Shown piece by piece: positions 8,279 through 19,120 of a stretch of DNA of 48,999 nucleotides. The notes beneath the pieces were generated by a model. It was given only the letters and a program-made list of their open reading frames with translations. It was not told the DNA's origin and did not search any database. Numbering within the stretch: the first letter of the stretch is position 1; every line of letters begins with the position of its first letter. Source of the stretch: an uncultured Anaerolineaceae bacterium (GTDB lineage: Bacteria; Chloroflexota; Anaerolineae; Anaerolineales; Villigracilaceae). A program made the translations under genes and the position numbers. The DNA lies in assembly GCA_964500655.1 (NCBI GenBank), contig CAZCPP010000001.1, forward strand, positions 1 through 48,999, read 5' to 3'.

Positions 8279-10546
8279 ATGAAAATTCTTATCATTGGCT
8301 CTGGTGGGCGAGAACATGCGATCGCATGGAAAGTGGCACAGTCCCCAAAATTAACCCAGCTTTATGCCTTGCCGGGTAACCCAGGCATTGCGCAACTGGG
8401 GGAGAACGTCGAAGATATTTATGTAGAGAATCACGACGCAATTATCCAATTTTGCAAGGGTAAACAAATCTCCTTGGTTATCGTCGGCCCTGAAGTACCG
8501 TTAGCTAATGGGATTACTGATGCGCTCAGTAATGCCGACATCCGTTGTTTTGGGCCTAGTAAAGCAGCGGCACAGATTGAAGCCTCAAAAGTGTTTTCTA
8601 AGAATTTCATGGCGCGGCATGGCATTCCTACAGCCCGTTATGCCACCTTCACCAAACTATCTGACGGGCTGAAGCATCTAGACAAACTGGATTATCCGGT
8701 TGTGATCAAAGCCTCCGGGTTGGCAGCCGGGAAAGGGGTTATTTTGCCGGAAACAACAGAAGAAGCAAAATCTGTCTTGACAGATATCATGGTAAATGGG
8801 GCCTTCGGTGAAGCCGGAAGTGAAGTAGTTATCGAAGAACGCATAAGCGGCCCAGAAGTTACTTTGATGGCCTTTACAGATGGGGAATTAATTGTTCCGA
8901 TGGTCTCCTCGCAGGATCACAAACGCCTACTGGACGGTGACCAAGGACCTAACACCGGTGGGATGGGCACATATGCGCCTGCGCCGATTTTCACCACAGA
9001 CTTGCTCGAAGAAGCGCTCACTACCGTTTTAGAACCAGCAGTGAGTGGATTGCGCCAGGAAGGCTCTCCGTTTGTCGGCGTTCTCTACGCTGGGTTGATG
9101 CTCACTCCAGATGGAATCCGAGCACTGGAGTTCAACTGTCGCTTTGGTGACCCGGAAACGCAGGTAGTGCTTCCGCTCCTTGAAACGGATCTGGTCGAGA
9201 TTGCCGAAGCCTGCGTAAATGGCCGCCTCGCAAATGTGGATATCCATTGGAAGAATGAGGCCTCCGTTTGTGTTGTGCTGGCAAGCAAAGGCTACCCAGA
9301 TAAACCTGAAAAAGGTAAATCGGTTTCCTTTGGTGAGTTGCCAAATAACATGATCTGCTTCCATGCTGGAACGAAAGCCAATGGGAAACAAATCATCACA
9401 TCTGGCGGGCGAGTTTTCGGTTTGACTGCCTGGGCTGGGGATGTCGAGGCTGCCGTCAATCAAGTTTATGCCAATGTGGGCAAAATCACCTTCGAAGGGG
9501 TGCAATACCGCAAAGATATTGCCCATCGCGCTCTAAAACGTTCATCCTATGCCAACTCGGGAGTATCCATCGATGCCGGTAATCGGGCTGTGGAGTTAAT
9601 GAAGACTGCCGTACAGACTACGCATAACGATTCTGTACTTGCGGGAATTGGTTCATTTGGCGGATTATTTGATGCCTCAGTTCTGAAACAGATGGATAAT
9701 CCTGTGCTGGTTGCCTCTACCGACGGCGTCGGGACGAAGGTCAAACTTGCTGCCGCTTGTGGGCGCTATCGCGGCATCGGGCATGACATTGTTAACCATT
9801 GCATCAATGATATCCTCGTACAGGGTGCGCGTCCTTTATTTTTCTTGGACTATTTCGCCACTTCGATACTGGATCCGGAACAAACCGCCGAGGTGGTGAC
9901 TGGAATCGCTGAAGCTTGCCAGGATGCCGGAATGGCATTACTCGGTGGGGAAACAGCAGAAATGCCAGGGGTATATGTACCAAATGAATTCGATGTTGCC
10001 GGCACAATAATTGGTGCACTGGAGCGAGAGCAAATCCTACCACGAATCTCTGAACTCAAAGCTGGAGACTTGCTTATCGGGTTTCAATCATCTGGTCCGC
10101 ACACCAATGGTTATTCGCTCATCCGCAAAGTCTTTGCTGATATTCCGCTCGAAACAGAATTTCCGGAATTGGGCCTCCCGCTTGCGGATGTAGTACTGGC
10201 CCCACATCGCTCCTATCTCAAATTGATTTCTCCTAATTTGTTTCAAATCAAAGCACTGGCTCACTTGACTGGAGGGGGGTTTATCGAAAATATTCCTCGT
10301 ATCCTTCCAGATGATCTAGGTGCAGTCGTAAATTTGGGATCCTGGAATATCCCCCCATTCTGGAGATTATTGCAGGATAAAGGCAACATCGCAACTGAAG
10401 AAATGTATCGGGTCTTCAATATGGGAATCGGAATGGTTGCCATTGTGGATAAAGACATTGTTGCCAAATTACAAGAAAAAATTTCCGAAGAAACCTTTGT
10501 TATTGGCAAATTGGTAAAAGGTGAGCGTAAGATCACATTGAACTAA
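8279..10546 (+). CDS. purD/purM: bifunctional GAR synthetase / AIR synthetase (PurD-PurM fusion)
   Basis: 755-aa ORF. The N-terminal half is PurD-like (MKILIIGSGGREHAIAWK, ATP-grasp). From about aa 425 it is PurM-like (YANSGVSIDAGN, TDGVGTKVK, GGETAEMPG). Confidence 0.92.
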   Translation: MKILIIGSGGREHAIAWKVAQSPKLTQLYALPGNPGIAQLGENVEDIYVENHDAIIQFCKGKQISLVIVGPEVPLANGITDALSNADIRCFGPSKAAAQIEASKVFSKNFMARHGIPTARYATFTKLSDGLKHLDKLDYPVVIKASGLAAGKGVILPETTEEAKSVLTDIMVNGAFGEAGSEVVIEERISGPEVTLMAFTDGELIVPMVSSQDHKRLLDGDQGPNTGGMGTYAPAPIFTTDLLEEALTTVLEPAVSGLRQEGSPFVGVLYAGLMLTPDGIRALEFNCRFGDPETQVVLPLLETDLVEIAEACVNGRLANVDIHWKNEASVCVVLASKGYPDKPEKGKSVSFGELPNNMICFHAGTKANGKQIITSGGRVFGLTAWAGDVEAAVNQVYANVGKITFEGVQYRKDIAHRALKRSSYANSGVSIDAGNRAVELMKTAVQTTHNDSVLAGIGSFGGLFDASVLKQMDNPVLVASTDGVGTKVKLAAACGRYRGIGHDIVNHCINDILVQGARPLFFLDYFATSILDPEQTAEVVTGIAEACQDAGMALLGGETAEMPGVYVPNEFDVAGTIIGALEREQILPRISELKAGDLLIGFQSSGPHTNGYSLIRKVFADIPLETEFPELGLPLADVVLAPHRSYLKLISPNLFQIKALAHLTGGGFIENIPRILPDDLGAVVNLGSWNIPPFWRLLQDKGNIATEEMYRVFNMGIGMVAIVDKDIVAKLQEKISEETFVIGKLVKGERKITLN

Positions 10547-10607
10547 TGTTGTAAGTTATTCTTGCGTTATATAAATTATCTGAGTAATCGAAGGAAAGGA
10601 ATTCCCC

Positions 10608-11783
10608 TTGTCATCATCTCTCTCACTCCGGTATGGAACAAATCCTCAACAATCTCCTGCTCAGGTTTTCATGAAAAATGGCACTGATCTACCAATCACT
10701 GTGTTAGGTGGTGCACCAGGGTATATCAACCTGCTCGATGCGATGAACGCCTGGCAACTTGTCCGCGAGTTGAAGCAGGCTACTGAGCTCCCTGCAGCGA
10801 CCTCTTTTAAACACGTCAGCCCATCCGGTGCAGCGGTAGCTACCCCGCTCACAGATGTCCTCAAGAAAATCTACTTTGTTGAAGACCTCGAGCTTTCACC
10901 TCTCGCTGAAGCCTACGCACGCGCCCGTGGTGTCGATCGCATGTCTTCTTTTGGTGACTTCATTGCGCTATCCGATCCTGTTGATATCCCAACTGCCAGG
11001 GTGATTGTACGTGAAGTATCCGATGGCGTCATTGCACCCGCTTATAAGCCCGACGTACTTGAAATCCTAAAAGCCAAAAAAGGTGGCAAGTATACTGTTA
11101 TCCAAGTTGATCCGGATTTCGAGCCTGAGTTGGCTGAAACCCGTGAGGTCTTCGGGCTTTCTTTTGAGCAACGACGCCATGATCGTTCCATAACACCGGA
11201 TGATTTTGCCAACCTAGTCACTGAGAATAAAGATTTACCGCCCGAAGCTATCCGTGATATGACTGTCGCCTGGATTACGCTCAAGTACACGCAGTCCAAT
11301 TCGGTCTGCTACGTCAAAGACGGGCAAACCATCGGTGTGGGCGCTGGGCAACAATCACGTGTCCATTGCGCACGCCTGGCTGGAGGAAAGGCAGACCTTT
11401 GGTATCTTCGTCAGCATCCTCGTGTGCTCGATTTGCCTTTCGTGCCCGGAATTAAACGCCTTGATCGCGACAATGCCATCGATCAGTTTTTACAACCTGG
11501 CGTTACCGAGGCTGAAAAAGCCAACTGGAAAAACATTTTCACCGGCCCACCAACACAACTGAGCAGTCAGGAACGCAGAACTTGGCTCGATAGTCTCAGC
11601 GGTGTCACGCTCGGCTCTGATGCTTTCTTCCCCTTTCGTGATAGCATCGACCGCGCCGCTCAAACCGGCGTGCGCTATGTACTGCAACCCGGTGGCTCTA
11701 CCCGTGACGAAGATGTGATCGCAGCCTGCAACGAATACGGCATGACGATGGTCTTTTCAGGTGTGCGCCTGTTTCATCATTAA
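10608..11783 (+). CDS. purH: AICAR transformylase domain protein (C-terminal half of canonical PurH, stand-alone)
   Basis: 391-aa ORF with a TTG start and GAAGGAAAGGA upstream. It begins at the LRYGTNPQQ motif that opens the AICARFT domain and has KHVSPSG and a C-terminal GSTRDEDVI motif. It has no MGS-like IMP cyclohydrolase domain. Confidence 0.88.
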   Translation: MSSSLSLRYGTNPQQSPAQVFMKNGTDLPITVLGGAPGYINLLDAMNAWQLVRELKQATELPAATSFKHVSPSGAAVATPLTDVLKKIYFVEDLELSPLAEAYARARGVDRMSSFGDFIALSDPVDIPTARVIVREVSDGVIAPAYKPDVLEILKAKKGGKYTVIQVDPDFEPELAETREVFGLSFEQRRHDRSITPDDFANLVTENKDLPPEAIRDMTVAWITLKYTQSNSVCYVKDGQTIGVGAGQQSRVHCARLAGGKADLWYLRQHPRVLDLPFVPGIKRLDRDNAIDQFLQPGVTEAEKANWKNIFTGPPTQLSSQERRTWLDSLSGVTLGSDAFFPFRDSIDRAAQTGVRYVLQPGGSTRDEDVIAACNEYGMTMVFSGVRLFHH

Positions 11784-11791
11784 TTGCAGCT

Positions 11792-11870
11792 GTCATTGCA
11801 TGTCGCGATGCAGCGAAGCAATCTTCGTTTTTAATGGAAATCGTCAAGATGCTACGATGCTCGCGATGAT
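11792..11870. repeat. short structured intergenic repeat (family B, GTCATTGC...GCGAAGCAATCT type)
   Basis: It starts GTCATTGCATGTCGCGATGCAGCGAAGCAATCT and ends with the inverted terminus GCTCGCGATGAT. Related units lie at 36624..36664 and 46279..46446. Confidence 0.5.
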
Positions 11871-11885
11871 ATAAAGGATTGAATT

Positions 11886-12479
11886 ATGGTTGCAAAAATC
11901 GTTGTCCTCATCTCTGGAACTGGCACAAATTTACAAGCCATCCTGAATGCCTGCAAAGTGAATGAACTACCCGCTTCTGTTGTAGCCGTAATCTCAAACA
12001 AATCCGCAGCCTATGGGCTGACCCGTGCCAAAAGCGCGGGAGTACCTGCTACCTACTATCCCAAATCAGCTAACGAGACTCGCCGTGAATATGATTCGCG
12101 CCTGGCTGACGAAGTTGCCAGCTATCAACCGGATATCGTGGTTCTGGCTGGCTGGATGCGCCTGCTCACCACCGCCTTCCTCGATCGCTTCTCCAATCGG
12201 GTCATCAACCTGCACCCTGCTTTACCCGGCATGTTCCCTGGCACGCACGCGATCGAGCGCGCATACGAAGCCTGGCAGCAAGGCCAGATTGACCGCACTG
12301 GGATCATGGTTCACCTGGTCCCAGATGAAGGCGTGGATGATGGTCCAGTACTTGCTACACGGGAAATTATTTTCCAACCCGATGAACCCTTCGATAAATT
12401 CGAATCGCGTGTCCATATTCTTGAACACCAGCTACTCGTGGAAACGTTAAAATCTTTTATCAACACTCAATATTTTTAA
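11886..12479 (+). CDS. purN: GAR formyltransferase
   Basis: 197-aa ORF with [21 protein letters not shown] and a conserved Asp region. SD AAAGGA lies upstream. Confidence 0.93.
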   Translation: MVAKIVVLISGTGTNLQAILNACKVNELPASVVAVISNKSAAYGLTRAKSAGVPATYYPKSANETRREYDSRLADEVASYQPDIVVLAGWMRLLTTAFLDRFSNRVINLHPALPGMFPGTHAIERAYEAWQQGQIDRTGIMVHLVPDEGVDDGPVLATREIIFQPDEPFDKFESRVHILEHQLLVETLKSFINTQYF

Positions 12480-12492
12480 CTTAGGAGTATTC

Positions 12493-13068
12493 ATGCCTAC
12501 TGCAATCCTTTCTGTGTATGACAAATCCGGCTTGGTGGAATTTGCCCAAGGTCTTGCCGATCTCGGCTGGACACTGCTTGCATCCGGCGGGACGGCAAAG
12601 CTGTTGCGCGAAAACGGATTATCTGTCACTGAAGTGGCAGATTACACTCAGTCGCCAGAGATTCTCGGGGGGCGGGTTAAGACTTTGCACCCGGCCATCC
12701 ACGGCGGGCTGCTTGCTCGTGCTACAGGTGCCGATCACCAACAATTATTAGATCTGGGTTGGGATTATATTGATATTGTTGCCGTCAATCTCTATCCGTT
12801 CGAAGAGACCATCGCAAAACCAAATGTCAGCTACACCAAAGTGATCGAAAACATTGATATTGGTGGTGTGGCCCTCATTCGCGCCGCGGCAAAAAACCAC
12901 GAACGTGTGTCCCTGGTTTGTGATCCAGCTGATTACGAAGCGGTCTTAGACGAACTCCGGGGAGGCGGCATCTCCCCTGAAACTCGGGCCAAACTTTCAG
13001 TTAAGGGCTTTGCCCACACCATGCAATATGATACGACCATTCACGCTTATTTGAGCAAACAGATCTGA
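12493..13068 (+). CDS. purH: IMP cyclohydrolase domain protein (MGS-like N-terminal half of canonical PurH, stand-alone)
   Basis: 191-aa ORF with [41 protein letters not shown] and [22 protein letters not shown] lies upstream. Confidence 0.9.
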   Translation: MPTAILSVYDKSGLVEFAQGLADLGWTLLASGGTAKLLRENGLSVTEVADYTQSPEILGGRVKTLHPAIHGGLLARATGADHQQLLDLGWDYIDIVAVNLYPFEETIAKPNVSYTKVIENIDIGGVALIRAAAKNHERVSLVCDPADYEAVLDELRGGGISPETRAKLSVKGFAHTMQYDTTIHAYLSKQI

Positions 13069-13082
13069 GATAGGAGCTATAA

Positions 13083-14564
13083 ATGAACGAAGATCTTTTC
13101 GAAGCAAATGACGCACTGACGTTCGATGATGTGCTGATTGTGCCCGGCTATACCGAAGTGTTACCAAATGAAACGGATGTGAGCGTTCAGTTGACTCCGG
13201 AAATTCGCCTGAATATTCCGCTGCTATCTGCGGCAATGGATACTGTTACGGAGGCAAGGTTGGCAATTGCATTGGCACGTGAGGGTGGCATGGGGATTAT
13301 CCACCGCAATCTGTCACCGGAAGACCAGGCCGCTGAAGTGGAAAAGGTCAAACGCTCGCAATCAGGCATGATCGTAGAACCGATCAGCTTGCCACCCGAC
13401 TCACCGCTTAGTAAAGCCGAAAAGATCATGTCCACCTATCATATTAGTGGTGTGCCGGTAACAAATCCAGATGGGAAATTGGTTGGTATCCTGACCAACC
13501 GCGATATCCGCTTTGTAGAGGCAGGTGATTATGACCTCCCTGTCAGCCAGTTCATGACCACTGAACAGTTAATCACTGCCCCGGTGGGTATTGATCCAAC
13601 CGAAGCCAAAGACATCTTGCAAGAACACCGCATCGAGAAATTACCGTTGGTAGATGAAGATGGCATGTTAAAGGGCTTGATTACCGTCAAAGATATTCAA
13701 AAAGCACGTGACTTCCCTCTTGCAGCCACCGATTCCCAAAGACGCTTACTGGTTGGGGCTGCTGTAGGTGTAGGAGCTGATCTGGAAATCCGTGTTGAGT
13801 TAATGAGTAAAGTCGGGGTAGATGTTGTTGCCATTGATACTGCACACGGTCATTCCAAAGGGGTTATCGAAGCCATTCGTCGTATCAAGAGCGCCTGGCC
13901 CGATTTACCGATCATCGCCGGGAATGTGGTCACTGCTGAGGGCACAGAAGCACTTATCAAGGCCGGGGTGGATGCGGTAAAAGTCGGAGTTGGAGCCGGA
14001 TCCATTTGTACAACCCGTGTCATTTCCGGGGCTGGAATGCCACAGGTCACAGCCATTCACGATTGTGCCCTCTCAGCAAGGAAACATGGCATCCCCATGA
14101 TCGCCGATGGCGGAATCAAATTCAGCGGAGATATCGTCAAAGCCATTGTTGCAGGCGCCGATGCGGTCATGTTGGGCAGTCTGCTGGCCGGCTTGGAAGA
14201 ATCCCCGGGTGAAGTAGTACTTTACGAGGGACGCCACTTCAAAGAGTATCGTGGTATGGGAAGCCTGGACGCCATGAAAGGTTACGGCAAGGATCGTTAT
14301 GGCTCAGGACAAGGTAAAAGTGGAAAACTTGTCCCCGAAGGTATCGAAGGGCGGATACCATACAAAGGGCATCTCAACGAATATGTCTATCAATTGGTTG
14401 GTGGCCTGCGCTCAGGTATGGGTTACGCTGGAGCAGCCTCGCTTGAAGATTTGCGAACAAAAACCAGGATGGCGCGAATTACGAATGCCGGATTGATCGA
14501 AAGCCATCCCCACGATGTTATTATTACCAAGGAAGCGCCGAACTATCAACTCGGCCAGAATTAA
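13083..14564 (+). CDS. guaB: IMP dehydrogenase
   Basis: 493-aa ORF with a tandem CBS insert, the catalytic loop [11 protein letters not shown], and [12 protein letters not shown]. Confidence 0.95.
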   Translation: MNEDLFEANDALTFDDVLIVPGYTEVLPNETDVSVQLTPEIRLNIPLLSAAMDTVTEARLAIALAREGGMGIIHRNLSPEDQAAEVEKVKRSQSGMIVEPISLPPDSPLSKAEKIMSTYHISGVPVTNPDGKLVGILTNRDIRFVEAGDYDLPVSQFMTTEQLITAPVGIDPTEAKDILQEHRIEKLPLVDEDGMLKGLITVKDIQKARDFPLAATDSQRRLLVGAAVGVGADLEIRVELMSKVGVDVVAIDTAHGHSKGVIEAIRRIKSAWPDLPIIAGNVVTAEGTEALIKAGVDAVKVGVGAGSICTTRVISGAGMPQVTAIHDCALSARKHGIPMIADGGIKFSGDIVKAIVAGADAVMLGSLLAGLEESPGEVVLYEGRHFKEYRGMGSLDAMKGYGKDRYGSGQGKSGKLVPEGIEGRIPYKGHLNEYVYQLVGGLRSGMGYAGAASLEDLRTKTRMARITNAGLIESHPHDVIITKEAPNYQLGQN

Positions 14565-14567
14565 TAG

Positions 14568-15947
14568 ATGTCTGCGGAGATTCCATACATAATGACTGAC
14601 AATCGCCTTCATGCTCTCTCATCAGTAGATGGGCGTTATCTGAATGCAACTTCACCCCTGCGGGATTATTTCTCCGAATTTGCATTTTTACGCGATCGGG
14701 TGCGCATCGAACTGGACTATCTGTCTGCACTTTCCAAAACCGATTTGATTCCGTCTTTGAGCAAATCCGATACTCGCTTGCTTGATGAAATCTCTGCCAA
14801 CTTCAGCGAAGCGGACGCCGAAACCATCCAGGCCTTCGAGCGCGAGACCCGTCATGATGTCAAGGCCATTGAATACTTTTTGCGTGAGAAACTCCCTGCC
14901 GAATTAGTGCCCTGGCTGCACTTTGGCCTGACGTCGGAGGATGTCAATAACATTGCCCAGGTGCTAGCCTTGCGTGATTCGCGTGATGCGGTCTTGCTGT
15001 CTGCATTAAATAAGCTGCTCAATGAAATGAGGGAATTTGCCATCCGCTACCGATCCCAGCCTATGCTGGCCCGCACCCACGGGCAACCCGCCGTCCCAAC
15101 TACGCTGGGGAAGGAATTTGCCATCTATTTGGCGCGTTTAATAGAAGCCCATAAACAGATCAGCTCTCACCGTTTCGAAGCCAAGCTGACAGGTGCAGTC
15201 GGTAACTTAAACGCACTACAAGCCGCTGCCCCTCAGGTTGATTGGCTTTCATTCAGCCAGGAATTTCTCCAGGGTTATGATCTTGAACCGAACCTGGTTA
15301 CCAACCAGATCCTGCCCTACGACAACTGGGTGCGTTATTTCGATGCGCTCCGATTGGCAAATTCCATCTTGATTGATTTCGCTCAGGATGTGTGGCGATA
15401 TATTAGCGACGGTTACCTTAAACAGGCTGTGCTCGAAGGTGAGGTTGGTTCTTCGACCATGCCGCAAAAGGTAAATCCAATTGACTTTGAAAATGCTGAA
15501 GGGAATCTTGGTATCGCGAATGCCTTATTTGCTCATTACGCTCAAAAATTAACTGTCTCGCGTTTGCAACGGGACCTGTCTGATTCAACCGTGCGGCGCA
15601 CATTTGGAATGGCTTTAGGCCATACACTATTGGCATGGAACAACCTTCTCCGCGGTATGGGCCGCATCGCCGCAAATGAAGAAAAACTTAGTGCAGATTT
15701 GGAAGCTCACTGGGAGGTCATCAGCGAAGGGGCGCAAACTATCTTGCGTGCTGCAGGTCGTAATGACGCCTACGAAGCACTTAAACAGGGGACCCGGGGT
15801 CAAATTCTAACGGAGGGGGATTACAAATCCTGGATTGAGGCGATTGAGATCAGCGAAAAGGTCCGTTCCCGCCTGATGGCTTTAACACCGAAAACATATA
15901 TCGGTTTGGCAATCCAATTGGTTGATCGTGTAACACAATCGAAATAG
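14568..15947 (+). CDS. purB: adenylosuccinate lyase
   Basis: 459-aa ORF with fumarate-lyase superfamily signatures (GSSTMPQKVNP, TSEDVNN). It is the last gene of the plus-strand block. Confidence 0.93.
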   Translation: MSAEIPYIMTDNRLHALSSVDGRYLNATSPLRDYFSEFAFLRDRVRIELDYLSALSKTDLIPSLSKSDTRLLDEISANFSEADAETIQAFERETRHDVKAIEYFLREKLPAELVPWLHFGLTSEDVNNIAQVLALRDSRDAVLLSALNKLLNEMREFAIRYRSQPMLARTHGQPAVPTTLGKEFAIYLARLIEAHKQISSHRFEAKLTGAVGNLNALQAAAPQVDWLSFSQEFLQGYDLEPNLVTNQILPYDNWVRYFDALRLANSILIDFAQDVWRYISDGYLKQAVLEGEVGSSTMPQKVNPIDFENAEGNLGIANALFAHYAQKLTVSRLQRDLSDSTVRRTFGMALGHTLLAWNNLLRGMGRIAANEEKLSADLEAHWEVISEGAQTILRAAGRNDAYEALKQGTRGQILTEGDYKSWIEAIEISEKVRSRLMALTPKTYIGLAIQLVDRVTQSK

Positions 15948-15969
15948 AGCCATTTTCCACCTTCGAGTA

Positions 15970-16401
15970 TTAAGGAAAAATATCAATTAGGGCTCGCAAG
16001 CCTAACATGTAAGACTGCCAGCCAAATCCAACAATTTTTCCTTTTGATACCCCCGATATCAGCGACTTATGCCGAAATTCCTCGCGGGCATAGACATTTG
16101 AAATATGCACTTCTACTACAGGTATGCCGATCGCAGACACAGCATCTCGTAACGCTACCGATGTGTGAGTGTAGCCTCCAGGATTGAAAATCACTCCCTT
16201 GGCCCATATGCCTGCGTCTTGCAAAGCATCTATTAACTCACCCTCATGGTTGGATTGTTGACAAGTCACTTCCGCGCCCAGTATACGACCCTGCTCGATC
16301 AAACGTGCATTGATTTCTTCAATTGTCATTGAACCATATATCTCCGGCTCACGCTCGCCTAACAAGTTCAGGTTGGGGCCATGCAAAACCAAGATTTTCA
16401 T
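15970..16401 (-). CDS. aroQ: type II 3-dehydroquinate dehydratase
   Basis: 143-aa ORF, MKILVLHGPNLNLLGEREPEIYG, with the HISN motif. It overlaps the upstream gene by 4 nt. Confidence 0.94.
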   Translation of the reverse strand: MKILVLHGPNLNLLGEREPEIYGSMTIEEINARLIEQGRILGAEVTCQQSNHEGELIDALQDAGIWAKGVIFNPGGYTHTSVALRDAVSAIGIPVVEVHISNVYAREEFRHKSLISGVSKGKIVGFGWQSYMLGLRALIDIFP

Positions 16402-17948
16402 TTCAATTCCTCGAAAACTGTCTTCAAATCTTTCACCTCAACTCCGACCTCAACCTCACCAATTTTCACCGGCAAAGTAAAGCGGACAACCCCATCTGCT
16501 TTCTTCTTATCCATTTTCATAGCCTGGATGAGTTCATCACGTGAAAATTCATCAGATATATCAACCGGTAAGCCCAGCCCCTTTAGTGTTTTTATCAACG
16601 CTTCGGATAAGCCAGATTTTGCCACTTTTAATCGTTCTGCCAGTTTAGCTTCGGCCGCCATCCCGATAGAAACGGCTTCTCCGTGTAACAAGGTAAACCC
16701 GCTGACAAGTTCCACCGCATGCCCAATGGTATGCCCGAAATTCAGCGCCGCCCGTTTGCCTTGCTCGTAGGGATCTTCTTCGATCACCCTCACTTTGACA
16801 GCCATACCTCGTCGCACTACCTCTGGTAAATGGGAGTTTAATTCATCCCAACCTTGAGCACAAAGATCAAACAAATCCCGATCTGCAATAACACCGTGCT
16901 TGACTACTTCTGCCAGTCCAGCCCGCAATTCCCGCTCTGGCAATGTTATTAGCGTTTCAGTGTCAGCCAGAACCAATCTTGGCGGATGGAACGCACCGAT
17001 CAAGTTTTTACCTTCTGGTAAATCGAATCCTGTTTTGCCACCCAGGCTGGCATCAACCATCGCTAATAGTGTGGTTGGTAGGGCAACCCATTGGCAACCA
17101 CGCATGAATGTAGAGGCTGCAAAACCGGTCAAATCACCTACCACGCCTCCACCCAATGCAATGATAGTACTGCTACGGTCAAGCCCCCCTTCAAGGCAAT
17201 TGTGCCAAATCATCGACACTGTCTCAAGTGTTTTATATTTTTCCCCAGCTTTGATAACCAGTTTGTTGGCTGTATATCCAGCTGATTTCAAGGAATCGAT
17301 CACTCGTTCTCCGTACAATGGAGCCACATTTGTGTCGCTCACCACCAATACGGGGCCATCCAATCTACGCGAACGGAGCATCTCACCAAATTGGTGCAAC
17401 CCGCCATCCTTGACAACTACATCATAGCCCCGACCCATGCCCCTTAGGTGATAGCGCCCCAACAGTCGTTGAATGTTGCTAACTACTAGGTGCGGCGGTT
17501 GGAAAGCATTAGAACACAGATCAAACGATTCGTAATGAGCTTGCCTATTTTCCAGCATTGTAGCCAGTTTAGTACTTAGGTCACCAGCTAACAAAGGTCT
17601 TTCATGCCTATCATGCGAGAGCCGCGTCTCAAGTGTGCGTAAATCCAATTTTAAGAATATTACTTTCCCCGACTTTTCAACAAGTTCACGGTTCTCATCG
17701 CGTAATAATGTGCCCCCTCCCAAAGCAACAACTTTTTCAACGCCATTTACCGTATTTTGCAATACATTGGCTTCCGCATCCCGAAATACATTTTCACCCT
17801 GGTTTGCCATAATCTCAATAATCGTTGTTCCAAGCTTTATTTCAATCTCAGAATCTAAATCCAAGAAAGGTAAGTTGAGGGTTTGGGCTAAATATTTCCC
17901 AACCGTAGATTTTCCACTACCTGAGGGACCATATAGAAAGATGGACAT
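16398..17948 (-). CDS. aroB: bifunctional shikimate kinase / 3-dehydroquinate synthase
   Basis: N-terminal P-loop GPSGSGKSTVG (AroK-like, ~170 aa), followed by AroB motifs (GGGVVGDLTGFAA, HTIGHAVE). Start taken at ATG 17948 (SD GGGAG) rather than the GTG at 17960 in the ORF track. Confidence 0.9.
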   Translation of the reverse strand: MSIFLYGPSGSGKSTVGKYLAQTLNLPFLDLDSEIEIKLGTTIIEIMANQGENVFRDAEANVLQNTVNGVEKVVALGGGTLLRDENRELVEKSGKVIFLKLDLRTLETRLSHDRHERPLLAGDLSTKLATMLENRQAHYESFDLCSNAFQPPHLVVSNIQRLLGRYHLRGMGRGYDVVVKDGGLHQFGEMLRSRRLDGPVLVVSDTNVAPLYGERVIDSLKSAGYTANKLVIKAGEKYKTLETVSMIWHNCLEGGLDRSSTIIALGGGVVGDLTGFAASTFMRGCQWVALPTTLLAMVDASLGGKTGFDLPEGKNLIGAFHPPRLVLADTETLITLPERELRAGLAEVVKHGVIADRDLFDLCAQGWDELNSHLPEVVRRGMAVKVRVIEEDPYEQGKRAALNFGHTIGHAVELVSGFTLLHGEAVSIGMAAEAKLAERLKVAKSGLSEALIKTLKGLGLPVDISDEFSRDELIQAMKMDKKKADGVVRFTLPVKIGEVEVGVEVKDLKTVFEELK

Positions 17949-17950
17949 CT

Positions 17951-19120
17951 TCACTCCCACCAGGCTTGTGATTGATTATTCATTCGCAAATCTTCGAGCC
18001 GCAATTGCCGCAACATTTCAAAGCGGGGTTTCATTTCAACCAGGGAGTCACCGCCCAATTTCTCAATCAGCGCATCTGCCAACACAAAGGCAGTCATGGC
18101 CTCGAGAATGGGTATTGCTCGGGGCACAGGGCAAAAATCAGAGCGCTCATATATGGTTGGAGTTTCTTTTCCGCTGGCAAGATCAACCGTTTGTTGGGGA
18201 GTGAGAGTAGTTGCGATTGGTTTCATGGCCACCCGAATAATGATCGGTTGCCCGTTAGAAATACCACCTTCGATGCCACCTGCACGATTTGTCGGCCGGG
18301 TTAACCTATCTCCATCAAGTTTGATAGCATCATGCGCCCGAGTTCCGGGTAAATTAGTATTCTCGAATGCGGTACCAATTTCAACACCCTTCATTGCCTG
18401 CACGCTCAATATAGCTTTCGCTAACCGTGCTTCGAGGCGACTGTCCCATTGCTGGAAAGAACCAAGCCCGACCGGCACATGCAGTGCGACAATTTCAATG
18501 ATGCCACCGAGTGTATCTTTCCCGTGGATGGTTTCCTCTATGTGTGCCCGCATCTTTTCAGTTGCAACTGGATCTGGGCAACGGACATCATTCTCCTCTG
18601 CCGCCTCGAATCGAGCCTGGTAACTGCTGCTCTCAAATTCAGATATCACCTCACCGACAACAAGTACATACCCGCCAATCATGATTCCGAACTGCGATAA
18701 AAAGTGCTTACAAACCGCGCCTATCGCCACGCGCATGGTAGTCTCACGTGCCGAAGCGCGCTCCAACGATGGACGCAGGTCGCTGTAACCATATTTGACA
18801 GCACCTGTTAAATCAGCATGCCCAGGACGTGGCGCTGTCATCGGATCAATGGCTTTGCCCTGCCATTTGGCGTGATCGGAATTTTCAACTAACATCGCGA
18901 TGGGTGCACCGGTCGTCGCGCCTGTCATTACGCCTCCCAAAATACGGACGACATCTTGCTCGATCTTCATTCGTCCGCCAGAACCATAACCCTTTTGACG
19001 GCGAGCAAGTTCGTGATCGATGATTGAGGTGCTTATGGGTAGACCTGCTGGTATGCCGTCAAGAATCGCTGTCAATGCGGGACCATGCGACTCACCAGCG
19101 GTTAAAAAACGTAAACTCAT
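17951..19120 (-). CDS. aroC: chorismate synthase
   Basis: 389-aa ORF, MSLRFLTAGESHGPAL, GRSSARETA-like ERASARETTMRV, and RSDFCPVPRA. Confidence 0.95.
   Translation of the reverse strand: MSLRFLTAGESHGPALTAILDGIPAGLPISTSIIDHELARRQKGYGSGGRMKIEQDVVRILGGVMTGATTGAPIAMLVENSDHAKWQGKAIDPMTAPRPGHADLTGAVKYGYSDLRPSLERASARETTMRVAIGAVCKHFLSQFGIMIGGYVLVVGEVISEFESSSYQARFEAAEENDVRCPDPVATEKMRAHIEETIHGKDTLGGIIEIVALHVPVGLGSFQQWDSRLEARLAKAILSVQAMKGVEIGTAFENTNLPGTRAHDAIKLDGDRLTRPTNRAGGIEGGISNGQPIIIRVAMKPIATTLTPQQTVDLASGKETPTIYERSDFCPVPRAIPILEAMTAFVLADALIEKLGGDSLVEMKPRFEMLRQLRLEDLRMNNQSQAWWE

Noticed and set aside
15948-15990. Weak inverted repeat TTTTCC...GGAAAA between convergent purB and aroQ as a bidirectional terminator
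   Set aside because: It has a 6-7-bp AT-rich stem and a 14-nt loop, and it overlaps the aroQ stop. That is too weak to call, so termination of both blocks here remains unexplained.
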